Assembly: GCF_000012925.1 (NCBI RefSeq)
Contig: NC_007517.1
Coordinates: 2,310,001-2,342,000, forward strand
Direction: 5' to 3'
Source of the DNA: Geobacter metallireducens GS-15
Lineage (GTDB): Bacteria; Desulfobacterota; Desulfuromonadia; Geobacterales; Geobacteraceae
Length of the DNA stretch: 32,000 nucleotides
In this document: positions 18,262-29,230 of the stretch, piece by piece
How positions within the stretch are numbered: position 1 is the stretch's first letter
How the letters are laid out: each line of letters starts with the position of its first letter
Notes under the pieces: model-generated
What the model saw: only the letters and a program-made list of their open reading frames with translations
What the model was told of the DNA's origin: nothing
Database searches by the model: none
Translations under genes and position numbers: made by a program

Positions 18262-20253
18262 TCAGGCAATCACCCTTTCCACCAGGATCTCGGCAATATC
18301 CCGGGGAACGAGCTTCCCTTCCAGCTCCGCTCCCTTGATCCCGTCCTCGAACATGGTGAGACAGAAGGGACAGTTGGATACGAGGGTGCCGGTGCCGGTT
18401 TCCGCCGCCATCAGTGCGCGCTTGCCGCTGATCCGGCTCCCCAGTTTCTCCTCGGCCATGATCCGCCCGCCGCCGGCGCCGCAGCAGAAGCCCTCCGCCC
18501 TGCTCCGCTCCATCTCGCGGATGGTGCCCCCCGCTGCCGCCACCAAGGCCCGAGGCTCTTCATAGAGGTCGTTGTGGCGGCCGATATAGCAGGAGTCGTG
18601 ATAGGTGCAGTCGAAGGCATCGCCCTTCACCTTGAGTTTCCCTTCCTGGATAAGGCGGTTCAGGAAGGTGGTGTAGTGCTCGGTCTCGATGCTGAAGCCG
18701 AGATCACGGTAATCCTTGGTCAGGGTATTGAAGCAGTGGGGACAGGCGGTGACGACCTTTTTCACCTTGTAGGACTCCATGGTCTCGATGTTCTCGGTGG
18801 CCATGGACTGGTAGAGGTATTCGTTCCCCAGTTTCCGCATCGGCTCGCCGCAGCATTTCTCCTCTTTGCCGAGGATGCCGACCTTGACGCCGGCAGCGGC
18901 GCAGAGCTGAACGAAGCTGGTGGCTACTTTGATGTTGCGCTTGTCAAAGGAGGCATAGCAGCCGACAAAGTAGAGGATGTCCACCTCGGCGTCGTCGGAG
19001 AGGCGTGTGACCGGGAGCCCTTCGGCCCAGTCGCCCCGGGAGGCGAACGCCAGACCGAGGGGGTTGCCGTTTACCTCGGTGTTGTCCATGGCCACCATGA
19101 CCTCTTCGCCGGGGAACTCCCCTTCCATCAGCACCATGTTGCGGCGCATGTCCACGATCTTACCCACATGCTCGATGCTGGCCGGGCAGATCTCCTGGCA
19201 TGCCCGGCAGGTGGTGCAGGACCAGAGGGCATCCTTGCTCACGGTCTCTATCAGGTTCGCGTCGGGATTGGTGCCGGCCACCTCTCCCAATTGGTTGATG
19301 ACCTTCATGGGGGAGAGGGGCTTGTCGGTGTTGTGGGCCGGACACCGGTCCTGGCAACGCTTGCACTTGGTGCAGGCGTCGGTGTCGAAGATGTCTTTCC
19401 AGGTCATATCCTTGATCTGGGCCGCACCGAAGCTCTCGGCGTCCTCGCTCTCCATGTTGAGGGTGACGAGGGCACCCTTGGGACCGAGGTCGGCCAGGAA
19501 GTAGTTGGCGCTCGTGGTGAGGATATGCCGGAACTTGGTGAAGGGTATGGAGCAGATAAAGCCGATGACGAGAGCGAAGTGGAGCCACCACATCCCCTGG
19601 TGGAGGGCCCGGAGGGAACCCTCACCCATGCCGGAGAGTCCCTTGGCCACCACGAGGCCAACCGGCGACCACGCCGCCAGGGCCATGTTGTTAGGGAGTT
19701 CGGTCACGGCCATCCGGGCCCCTTCGATGACAAAACCGGTGATGAGGATGGCGAAGAGGAGGCCGTGCATGATGGCGTCGTCGCGGGTGGTTTCAAGTCC
19801 ATCGGGGCGCACCAGGTAGCGGCGGACGAAGAACCCGGCCAGCATGGCGATGGCCACGAGACCGGCAATGTCGAGCACTGCCGAGAAGATGAGATAGAAG
19901 TCCCCGTGAAGGAAGCGGAACCCGAAGAGGAGATCGGTGAAGTCGGCCTGGAGAGCCACGAAAACAGTTCCGATAAAGAGGAGGAAGAACCCCCAGAAGA
20001 AGAGCCCGTGTGCATAGCCCGGCCCCTTTACCTTCAGCACCCTGCTCTGCAGCAGGACGTTCTTCAGGAGCTGAACAATGCGCACGCCACGCTGGTCAAA
20101 GCGGTTCAGGGGCTTTCCCTGCTTGTAGATATCCAGCCGCTGCAACCCGCTTCGCACCAGAAATCCCAGGGCAGCGAAGGTGAAGAGATACATCGGTATA
20201 AGGACCGATGCCCCGTGGCCGATATTCCAATAGAGTTCGCGGGTAGCTTCCAT
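18262..20253 (-). CDS. Membrane-anchored Fe-S oxidoreductase (HdrD/GlpC-like with CCG domains). ETF:menaquinone oxidoreductase-type, paralog 2
   Basis: Same architecture as 11547-13523: N-terminal TM block, CTKCKRCQDRCP, CTTCRACQEICP, and CCG repeats (CCGEP...CPHC, CCGAGGG...CPFC). GGAGA RBS before ATG 20253. Confidence 0.85.
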   Translation of the reverse strand: MEATRELYWNIGHGASVLIPMYLFTFAALGFLVRSGLQRLDIYKQGKPLNRFDQRGVRIVQLLKNVLLQSRVLKVKGPGYAHGLFFWGFFLLFIGTVFVALQADFTDLLFGFRFLHGDFYLIFSAVLDIAGLVAIAMLAGFFVRRYLVRPDGLETTRDDAIMHGLLFAILITGFVIEGARMAVTELPNNMALAAWSPVGLVVAKGLSGMGEGSLRALHQGMWWLHFALVIGFICSIPFTKFRHILTTSANYFLADLGPKGALVTLNMESEDAESFGAAQIKDMTWKDIFDTDACTKCKRCQDRCPAHNTDKPLSPMKVINQLGEVAGTNPDANLIETVSKDALWSCTTCRACQEICPASIEHVGKIVDMRRNMVLMEGEFPGEEVMVAMDNTEVNGNPLGLAFASRGDWAEGLPVTRLSDDAEVDILYFVGCYASFDKRNIKVATSFVQLCAAAGVKVGILGKEEKCCGEPMRKLGNEYLYQSMATENIETMESYKVKKVVTACPHCFNTLTKDYRDLGFSIETEHYTTFLNRLIQEGKLKVKGDAFDCTYHDSCYIGRHNDLYEEPRALVAAAGGTIREMERSRAEGFCCGAGGGRIMAEEKLGSRISGKRALMAAETGTGTLVSNCPFCLTMFEDGIKGAELEGKLVPRDIAEILVERVIA

Positions 20254-20298
20254 GGCTCAATCTCCAATAGTGTTAATAGGTTCACATCTCGAACAATC

Positions 20299-21081
20299 TT
20301 ACGACCCGGTAAAGTTCGGTTTCCGCTTTTCCACAAAAGCCCCCATACCTTCCTTCTGGTCACGGGAGGCGAAGAGGGAGGCAAAAAGGACCGACTCGTA
20401 GTCCATGCCGTCCGGTTCCGTCATATCGAGGCCCCGGCGGATGGCTTCCTTGACATGGGCGACCCCGAGGAGGCCGTTGCCGGCAATTCTCGCGGCCGTC
20501 TCAAGGGCCTTTCCCACCAGCTCCGCAAGCGGTAAGACGGCGTTGACGATCCCCCACTCCTTCGCTTCGGCGGCAGTCAGCATCTTGCCGGTGAAAATCA
20601 ACTCGTTGGCCCGACTGCGCCCCAGGAGCCGGGCGAACTTCTGGGAACCGCCGAACCCGGGCATGATCCCGAGGGTCACCTCCGGCAGTCCCATCTTGGC
20701 GTTTTCCGAGGCGTAGATGAAATCGCAGGCCAGGGCCAGTTCCATCCCTCCCCCCAGGGCAAAACCGTTGACGGCGGCTATGACCGGCTTGGGCATGGTG
20801 CCGATGTAGTTCACCAGCTTCTGTCCCGTGCGGGCGAAAACGAGGGCCTGCTGGGCGTCCATGACCGCCATCTCGGCAATGTCGGCTCCGGCCACAAAGG
20901 CCTTCTCGCCGCTGCCCGTGATAACGACCGCCTTGACAGCCTGGTTGGCGTTCAACGCTTCGAAGGTTTCCTGCAACTCGGCGATCACCGAGGTGTGGAG
21001 GGCGTTCAGCACCTTGGGCCGGTTGATGGTCAGCAGGGCCACGCCGTCTTTTATGTCAACAAGCAGATTCTCGGTTCCCAT
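20299..21081 (-). CDS. Short-chain enoyl-CoA hydratase (crotonase)
   Basis: LLTINRPKVLNAL, VVITGSGEKAFVAGADI and AAVNGFALGGGMELALACDF. 260 aa. Confidence 0.9.
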   Translation of the reverse strand: MGTENLLVDIKDGVALLTINRPKVLNALHTSVIAELQETFEALNANQAVKAVVITGSGEKAFVAGADIAEMAVMDAQQALVFARTGQKLVNYIGTMPKPVIAAVNGFALGGGMELALACDFIYASENAKMGLPEVTLGIMPGFGGSQKFARLLGRSRANELIFTGKMLTAAEAKEWGIVNAVLPLAELVGKALETAARIAGNGLLGVAHVKEAIRRGLDMTEPDGMDYESVLFASLFASRDQKEGMGAFVEKRKPNFTGS

Positions 21082-21095
21082 GGCATTTCCCCCAA

Positions 21096-21941
<846 letters not shown>

Positions 21942-21969
21942 TACCTGCCTCCACTTCAAATACGGAATA

Positions 21970-23182
<1,213 letters not shown>

Positions 23183-23225
23183 TTTGTTGACTGAGAACAC
23201 GGTTGCTCTGTGTTTCAAATGGTTT

Positions 23226-24401
23226 TCAGACCCGCTCGAAGATTGCCGCCACTGCTTCACCACCCCCAATGCAGAGGGTTGCGAGCCCGAAGCGGGCCTG
23301 GCGCCGGTGCAGTTCCCGAACCAGGGTAGCGGCAAGACGTCCGCCGCTTGCCCCCAGGGGATGGCCAATGGCCACTGCCCCGCCGTTGACGTTGACCTTT
23401 TCCGGATCGAGCCCCAGTTGCTTGATGGCAAGCATGGTCACGGCGGCAAAGGCCTCGTTGATCTCGAACAGATCAATGTCTTCGAGCTTCAGACCGGCCT
23501 TGGCGCAGGCCTTTTCGATGGCTCCCACCGGCGCCTCGGTGAATTGGTCGGGATGCAAGCTGTTGGAGGCATAGGCGACCAGTCGGGCCCTGGGCTTGAG
23601 ACCGTATTTTTTCACCGCCTCTCCACTGGCCAGAAGGGTCAGGGCCGCACCATCATTGATGGTTGAGGCGTTGCCGGCGGTGATGGTCCCTTCCTTCTTG
23701 AAGGCGCTCTTCAACCCCATGAGTTTGGTGAAGTCCACCTTGAATGGCTCTTCGTCGTCGCTGACGGTCACGTCCCCCTTGCGCCCCTTTTTGACCACCG
23801 GGACGATCTCATCCCGGAATATCCCTTCCTTAACCGCTGTCTGCGCTTTCTGGTAGGAGCGGAAGGCAAAGGCATCCTGGTCTGCCCGGGAGATGCCGTG
23901 CTTTTCCGTGGTGGCCTCGGCGATTACCCCCATGTGATTGCCGCTGTAGGGATCCAGGAGGCCGTCATTTACCAGGAGGTCGATCAGCTCGCCGTTACCC
24001 AGACGATAGCCGTTACGCCCCTTGCTCAGTACATAGGGGGCCAGGGACATGTTCTCCATGCCGCCGGCGATCACCACGCCGACATCACCGAGGCGGATGG
24101 CATCGGCGCCGAGCATGAGCGCCTTGAGGCCGCTGCCGCAGACCTTGTTGATGGTCATGGCGGGAATGCTGTCGGGGAGTTCGGCGTAGCGCATGGCCTG
24201 CCGGGCCGGGGCCTGTCCCGTCCCGCCCGCGAGAACCTGACCGACAATCACCTCGTCGACGCCCTCGGCAGGAAGGCCGGAACGCTGGAGCAGTTCCCGG
24301 ATGACGGTGGCGGCCAGGCGCGGCGCCTCCACGTCGGACAACTCCCCCCCGAAGGAGCCGAGGGGAGTGCGCAGCGATTCGATTACATAAACGTCACTCA
24401 T
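23226..24401 (-). CDS. Acetyl-CoA C-acetyltransferase (acetoacetyl-CoA thiolase)
   Basis: MSDVYVIESLRTPLGSFGG, INKVCGSGLKA, NGGAVAIGHPLGASG and CIGGGEA. AAGGAG RBS. The start lies 12 nt after the gcdH stop. Confidence 0.92.
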   Translation of the reverse strand: MSDVYVIESLRTPLGSFGGELSDVEAPRLAATVIRELLQRSGLPAEGVDEVIVGQVLAGGTGQAPARQAMRYAELPDSIPAMTINKVCGSGLKALMLGADAIRLGDVGVVIAGGMENMSLAPYVLSKGRNGYRLGNGELIDLLVNDGLLDPYSGNHMGVIAEATTEKHGISRADQDAFAFRSYQKAQTAVKEGIFRDEIVPVVKKGRKGDVTVSDDEEPFKVDFTKLMGLKSAFKKEGTITAGNASTINDGAALTLLASGEAVKKYGLKPRARLVAYASNSLHPDQFTEAPVGAIEKACAKAGLKLEDIDLFEINEAFAAVTMLAIKQLGLDPEKVNVNGGAVAIGHPLGASGGRLAATLVRELHRRQARFGLATLCIGGGEAVAAIFERV

Positions 24402-24413
24402 ATCTGTCGCTCC

Positions 24414-25592
24414 TTACCGGAAGGCCGAAATGCCGGTGACTTTTTCGCCGATGATCAGGAGATGCATGTCGTGGGTACCCTCGTAGGTATAGACGGCCTC
24501 CAGGTTGTTGGCGTGACGCATGATCGGGTATTCGCTCATGATGCCGTTGGCCCCCAGTATGGTCCGGGCGGTACGGCAGATGTTGATGGCCACATGGACG
24601 TTGTTCATCTTGGCCATGGAGACCTGGGCCGGAGAGTAGTTCCCCTGGTCCTTGAGGCGGCCCAACTGCATGACGAGGAGTTGCCCCTTGGTGATCTCGG
24701 TGACCATCTCGGCCAGCTTCCGCTGCTGGAGCTGATAGGAAGCGATGGGCTTGTCGAACTGGATCCGGCTGAGGGCGTACTCCAGAGCAGCCTGGTAGCA
24801 GGCGTCGGCGGCGCCCAGGGCGCCCCAGGCGATACCATAGCGGGCCTGGGTGAGGCATCCCAGGGGACCCTTCAGCCCTTTCACGTTGGGGAGGAGGCTC
24901 TTTTCTTCATCGACGATGACGTCCTCGAAGACGAGCTCGGAGGTGACGGAGGCCCGCAGGCTCCACTTGCCGTGCATCTTGGGGGCGGAGAAGCCGGGGG
25001 TACCCTTCTCAACCAGGAAGCCCCTGACGCCGTCGTCGGTCCTGGCCCAGACCACTGCCACGTCGGCAACGCTGCCGTTGGTGATCCACATCTTGGAGCC
25101 GTTGATCCGCCACTTGCCATTTGCTTCGCGCACGGCGTTGGTACGCATCCCGGCCGGGTTGGAGCCGAAATCCGGTTCGGTCAGGCCGAAGCAGCCGATC
25201 TTCTCACCGGCGGCCAGCTTGGGGAGCCAGTATTCTTTCTGGGCCTCGCTGCCGTAGGCGTAGATGGGATACATGACCAGGGAGCCCTGGACCGAGGCGA
25301 AGCTTCTGAGACCCGAGTCGCCCCGCTCCAGTTCATACATCAGCAGACCATAGGCCACGTTGGAAAGCCCGGCGCAGCCGTACTTCTCGGGGAGGTTCGG
25401 ACCGTAGAACCCGAGCTCGCCCATCTTGGGGATCAGGTGGCTGGGAAAGGTCTCGTTCAGGGCGTGCTCCTCGATGATCGGCAGCACCTCATCATTGACG
25501 AACTTGCGGGCAGTCTCACGAACGAGCTTCTCCTCGTCGGTCAGAAGTCCCTGGAACCCCATGTAATCCGTCAGTTCTGTAGTAACACTCAT
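24414..25592 (-). CDS. gcdH: Glutaryl-CoA dehydrogenase
   Basis: Acyl-CoA dehydrogenase fold with a GcdH-type C-terminus: LGRLKDQGNYSPAQVSMAKMNNVHVAINICRTARTILGANGIMSEYPIMRHANNLEAVYTYEGTHDMHLLIIGEKVTGISAF. AAGGAG RBS. Confidence 0.9.
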   Translation of the reverse strand: MSVTTELTDYMGFQGLLTDEEKLVRETARKFVNDEVLPIIEEHALNETFPSHLIPKMGELGFYGPNLPEKYGCAGLSNVAYGLLMYELERGDSGLRSFASVQGSLVMYPIYAYGSEAQKEYWLPKLAAGEKIGCFGLTEPDFGSNPAGMRTNAVREANGKWRINGSKMWITNGSVADVAVVWARTDDGVRGFLVEKGTPGFSAPKMHGKWSLRASVTSELVFEDVIVDEEKSLLPNVKGLKGPLGCLTQARYGIAWGALGAADACYQAALEYALSRIQFDKPIASYQLQQRKLAEMVTEITKGQLLVMQLGRLKDQGNYSPAQVSMAKMNNVHVAINICRTARTILGANGIMSEYPIMRHANNLEAVYTYEGTHDMHLLIIGEKVTGISAFR

Positions 25593-25686
25593 TTTTGTCT
25601 CCTTTCGGGCCTTTCCCAGGCAGTTTGTATATGACTTGCCCCTGTTCCCACATGCGGCAAATAAAACACTGTCACCTTCAAGTAAA

Positions 25687-25715
25687 CAAGTACCGGAATA
25701 CCGATTTTAAGTCAA
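25687..25715 (-). promoter_or_regulatory. Shared promoter/operator module, copy P3 (head of the gcdH operon)
   Basis: The minus strand reads aaaattatc TTGACT taaaatcggtattccgg TACTTG. It lies about 95 nt upstream of the gcdH ATG. Confidence 0.4.
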
Positions 25716-25776
25716 GATAATTTTGCCCGTGAGTGAAATAAATCCCGGGCAGATCCCATCCTGGCCACTCCAGCGA

Positions 25777-26568
25777 CTATATGCCGGTGGCACACGCACA
25801 TCCCTCCTCCAACGAGTCAACCCGCAGTCGCTCGGGATGGGTATAGAGCTCGAACCTTCCGCCCCGAACGTAGCCGATCATGGTGATACCCGCTTCATCC
25901 GCCATCCTGACCGCCATATCCGTCGGAGAGGTGCGGGAGGCAATGAGCTGAATGCCGAGAAGAACGCATTTCGCCACCATCTCCGTGGAGACCCGCCCCG
26001 ACGTGACCAGCATCGTGCCTGCCAGGTCTATCCCTCTCAACAGCGCCTCCCCGGCTATCCGGTCCAGGGTGTTGTGCCGACCCAGGTCCTCCGCGTAGAG
26101 AACGATGGAACCGTCCCCCACCGCCGCCGAGTGCATTCCGCCGTGGCTGCGGTACCCCTCCGCCTTCCTGGCCAGCTCTTCCATCATGGCGAATACTGCC
26201 GCGGGCGAGAAATGCCTGGCCGCCAGGGAGTCGGACCGTCCCTTCGTGGCCTGCGGAATCGTGAAGGTAATCCCGGTGCCGCATCCCGACGTGAGGACCG
26301 GCTTCAACTTCTCGGGCAGTTCGCCCTTGATCTGAACCCGCGCAATGCCGAAATCGTTGCAGACCGAGAGAAGCTGGAAGTCCTCCACTTTCTCCACGAA
26401 CCCCTGCAACCGCAGGAATCCGGCGACGAGAAAACGGAGATCATGGGGCGAGGCGATGAGAGTGGCGATCTCGCGACCGTTGACATTCAGGAGGAGCGGA
26501 AACTCACCCACGAACTCCTTCTCCGTTGCCGCCAGTTTACCTTTGTCGTAGTGGTAAATGCTCTTCAT
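25777..26568 (-). CDS. fdhD: FdhD-type sulfurtransferase (formate dehydrogenase / molybdo- or tungstopterin enzyme accessory protein)
   Basis: LLLNVNGREIATLIASPHDLRFLVAGFLRLQG, TSGCG, GGMHSAA, EDLGRHNTLDRIAGEAL and SGRVSTEMVAKCVLLGIQLIASRTSPT. GGGGGA RBS. Confidence 0.88.
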   Translation of the reverse strand: MKSIYHYDKGKLAATEKEFVGEFPLLLNVNGREIATLIASPHDLRFLVAGFLRLQGFVEKVEDFQLLSVCNDFGIARVQIKGELPEKLKPVLTSGCGTGITFTIPQATKGRSDSLAARHFSPAAVFAMMEELARKAEGYRSHGGMHSAAVGDGSIVLYAEDLGRHNTLDRIAGEALLRGIDLAGTMLVTSGRVSTEMVAKCVLLGIQLIASRTSPTDMAVRMADEAGITMIGYVRGGRFELYTHPERLRVDSLEEGCACATGI

Positions 26569-26589
26569 GGTCGATTCCCCCTGCCTCGC

Positions 26590-27057
26590 TCATGATGTCT
26601 CCAACTCCACATACCTGCCTGAAGACAGCCCCTGGTTGCGGAAGAACGACAAGGTCAGCTTGTCCTCGCGTTCCACCATTGTCCGCACAGTTGCAGCCCC
26701 GGAACGTTTCAGGCACGCACAGATCTCCTCAAACATCCGCTGCCCGATACCCATCTTCCGGTTCCGTGGCGATACCGAAAGCGCGAAGACCCATCCGCAT
26801 GGGGGGGAACCGAATTCCCAGGCACGGACTTCACCGACAATGAAACCGACGACCTTGTCATTGATTTCAGATACCAGGAAATGACAGTCATTGTCTCCGC
26901 AATTCACGTAGTGCTCGAAGATCCTGCGCCAATAGGCCTGTTTTCCTTCGACATGACCCGTTTCATCCAGGGCAATTATGGCATCGAAATCAGACGGCCT
27001 GGCGTTGCGGATGAGAATTTGTTCTTTCATATGCGTATCCGAATTGGAATTTTTCAT
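26590..27057 (-). CDS. GNAT-family N-acetyltransferase
   Basis: IRNARPSDFDAIIALD..., VVGFIVGE and LSVSPRNRKMGIGQRMFEEI (acetyl-CoA-binding R/Q-x-x-G-x-G/A motif). The start is uncertain: ATG 27057, ATG 27030 or the track's TTG 27084. None has a good RBS. Confidence 0.7.
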   Translation of the reverse strand: MKNSNSDTHMKEQILIRNARPSDFDAIIALDETGHVEGKQAYWRRIFEHYVNCGDNDCHFLVSEINDKVVGFIVGEVRAWEFGSPPCGWVFALSVSPRNRKMGIGQRMFEEICACLKRSGAATVRTMVEREDKLTLSFFRNQGLSSGRYVELETS

Positions 27058-27097
27058 GATTTCGACAAAACCTGTCACTGACAACTATTATGGTATT

Positions 27098-27126
27098 TAA
27101 GTACCACAATGCATGATTTTCGGCAA
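27098..27126 (-). promoter_or_regulatory. Shared promoter/operator module, copy P4 (head of the GNAT-fdhD operon)
   Basis: The minus strand reads atttaattgc TTGCCG aaaatcatgcattgtgg TACTTA aataccataat. It contains a perfect TGGTA-N6-TACCA inverted repeat (27091-27106). It shares TACTTAwwTACCATAAT with copy P1. Confidence 0.35.
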
Positions 27127-27167
27127 GCAATTAAATGCAAAATTAGTGTGGCAGAGTGCTGATAAAT

Positions 27168-27203
27168 ATAAAAAAAGGCGGCTGGGAAACCCAACCGCCT
27201 TTA
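27168..27203 (-). terminator. Rho-independent terminator after the aminotransferase gene
   Basis: The minus strand reads AAAGGCGGTTGGG-TTT-CCCAGCCGCCTTT followed by TTTTTTATATTT. That is a 13-bp stem with one mismatch plus a U-tract, about 30 nt after the TAA stop (27236-27234). Confidence 0.8.
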
Positions 27204-27233
27204 CTTGTTAACAGTGTCCGGCACGAGGAGTGA

Positions 27234-28538
27234 TTATGAAAGATCCTGCACCGCTTGGTGAATAGTGGCAAAGAGCTCGGGGATATCCTTCTCATCGATG
27301 CAGGAGAAGGCGATCCGCAGGTCGGTCTTGCCGATGGATATGGCGCCGACACCGTACTTGTCGAGCATATGGACGCGCAGTTTTTCGGCATCCACGGTCT
27401 TGAGCTTCAGGCACATGAAATAGCCGGAGTTGAACGGGTAGTAGTCCCAGGCTTTGTCATACTTGCCGCTGTTGAGGACTTCCTTCGTCTTGAGGGCGCG
27501 CCCCTTGAGCACCTGAAATTTCTCTTGCTTCTGCTTAATGAAGTTCGGGGAGCGGAGCGCCTCAATGGCGAACGTCTGGGAAGGATGCGGGCAGTTGGAG
27601 ATACGGGCGCGGATGATCCCCATGGCCTTCTTCTCAAGGGCGGTCATAACCGGTGTGTTCTCATAGCTGTTGCCATCGGCAAAGGTGATGAAGCCGGTAC
27701 GGAAGCCCCAGACGAACTCCTCCTTGGTGGCGCCATCCAGCTTGACCGCCAGGATGCGGGGATGAAGGTTGGCGAGTTTGCCGAAGAGGGACTCTTTCAG
27801 GCTGTCTTCGTAGAAGAGGCCGAAATAGGCATCGTCGGTGATGGCAACGATGTTACAGCCACCCTCCGCCACCTCTTTGATGGCGGCCACCAGCGCATCC
27901 CCCTCGGCAACGGTCGGGGTGTAGCCGCTCGGGTTGTTGGGGAAGTTGAGCAGAACAACCGCCTTCCCCTTTTCCTCGGCGCTGTTCTTCAGTTCCGCCT
28001 TGAAGGCATCGACGTCATAGCCGCCGGTTGCGGTGAAGGTCGGATACTTCCGGATGACGGCCCCACAACAGGTGCCGAAGGTCAGGTTGTAGTTCCCCCA
28101 GAGCATGTCCGGGAGGATCAGGTGATCTCCCTTGTCGAGGAACATGTCGCCCGCGATGGAGAGACCGTGGGTCAGGGCGTTGGTGACGATGGGATTGCTG
28201 AAGTGCTTACCCTGCTGGCTGGGGTTTTCCCGCAGCATCTTCTCCCGCCACAGGGAGCGCAGCTCCGGCTTGCCCGCGGGGGGAGCATAGGGATAGATGT
28301 CCTTTGGATCAAAGGCGGACAGCTTGTCCTGGATGCACTGCAGGTACATCGGCCCGCCGTTTTCCGTGGCAATGCCGATGGTTGCATTGAATTTGTGAGC
28401 CTTCTCCTTTGCCTCAGCCGACTGGGTCAGGATCCCTTTCGGAAAGAAAAGGTTCTTGCCGAGATCGGACAGCATCTCCAGAACGTGGGGATTGTGCTGG
28501 GCAAGCAGATCATTCAATTCAACAGCCAATGGGTTCAC
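27234..28538 (-). CDS. PLP-dependent aminotransferase, class I/II
   Basis: LLNFPNNPSGYTP, ITDDAYFGLFYE and KLDGATKEEFVWGFRTGF (candidate PLP-lysine region). 434 aa. GTG start with a strong AAGGAGGA RBS, 24 nt after the preceding gene. Confidence 0.85.
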   Translation of the reverse strand: MNPLAVELNDLLAQHNPHVLEMLSDLGKNLFFPKGILTQSAEAKEKAHKFNATIGIATENGGPMYLQCIQDKLSAFDPKDIYPYAPPAGKPELRSLWREKMLRENPSQQGKHFSNPIVTNALTHGLSIAGDMFLDKGDHLILPDMLWGNYNLTFGTCCGAVIRKYPTFTATGGYDVDAFKAELKNSAEEKGKAVVLLNFPNNPSGYTPTVAEGDALVAAIKEVAEGGCNIVAITDDAYFGLFYEDSLKESLFGKLANLHPRILAVKLDGATKEEFVWGFRTGFITFADGNSYENTPVMTALEKKAMGIIRARISNCPHPSQTFAIEALRSPNFIKQKQEKFQVLKGRALKTKEVLNSGKYDKAWDYYPFNSGYFMCLKLKTVDAEKLRVHMLDKYGVGAISIGKTDLRIAFSCIDEKDIPELFATIHQAVQDLS

Positions 28539-28562
28539 GTGATTCCTCCTTGAGGTAAGATT

Positions 28563-29219
28563 CTATCCGGCCTGTTCTTCCGGCGCGGAGCCGCATGAAC
28601 ATGAGCACCCGCAGCCGCCTGAATGCGCCTCCTCGGGAGGTGTCATCAGCGCCCCGGCCAGCACGTATGCCGCCTGCAGCGCCGAAGTGGGACAGAGCGG
28701 GAAACACTCCTTGCAGTCCCAGCATTCCTTGGCGGCTATTTCCGGAATGAAGCTTATCTCACGGTTTGACCCCCTGTCAACAAATCCTACGGCATTCTTC
28801 TTTTTTATCTCGGCACAGTACCTGACACAGAGGCCGCAGTGGATGCAGAAGGAGGGATGTTTTTCAAAGCGATCCCTGTCCGCCCCGTACTCCTGGGCCA
28901 GCGCCTTCAGCTCCTCGGAGTCGGGCGCGTGCGCCAGCATCTCCTCCAGCAGCACCTTGCGGATCTTGTCAATCTTTTCGTTTCTGGTTCGTACCACCAG
29001 CCCCTTCTCCACCGGGTAGATGCAGCCGGCGACCAGCTTCGGCCACCCGCGGACCTCCACTTCCACGGTACATATGCGGCACCCGCCGTAAGGCTCAAGC
29101 TTCTCGTGGTGGCACAGCGTGGGGATGGAAATCCCCACGGACTTCGCCGCGTCCAGAATGGTCATCCCTTCGGTGGCGACAACCTCTTTCCCGTCAATCT
29201 GCAAGTTGATTTCGCTCAT
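28563..29219 (-). CDS. Small NuoG/HndD-N-terminal-like Fe-S protein ([2Fe-2S] plus [4Fe-4S] motifs) with a Cys-rich C-terminal tail; BamI-like
   Basis: N-terminus INLQIDGKEV...LCHHEKLEPYGGCRICTVEV is NuoG-type [2Fe-2S]. CIHCGLCVRYC and CWDCKECFPLCP are ferredoxin motifs. The tail reads HSGGCGCSCSCGS. Confidence 0.8.
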   Translation of the reverse strand: MSEINLQIDGKEVVATEGMTILDAAKSVGISIPTLCHHEKLEPYGGCRICTVEVEVRGWPKLVAGCIYPVEKGLVVRTRNEKIDKIRKVLLEEMLAHAPDSEELKALAQEYGADRDRFEKHPSFCIHCGLCVRYCAEIKKKNAVGFVDRGSNREISFIPEIAAKECWDCKECFPLCPTSALQAAYVLAGALMTPPEEAHSGGCGCSCSCGSAPEEQAG

Positions 29220-29230
29220 GGTTTTCTCTC

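Noticed and set aside
18118-20535. Very long plus-strand ORFs lying antisense to the minus-strand genes: 18118-20535 (805 aa), 23898-25634 (578 aa), 29507-31129 (540 aa), 13749-15170, 11466-12869, 2126-3433, 27255-28553, 16709-17995 and 15754-16845.
   Set aside because: They mirror well-supported genes on the other strand. They have Gly/Asp/His/Arg/Pro-rich low-complexity composition with no recognisable motifs and no RBS. Such shadow ORFs are expected in GC-rich DNA, where stop codons are rare.
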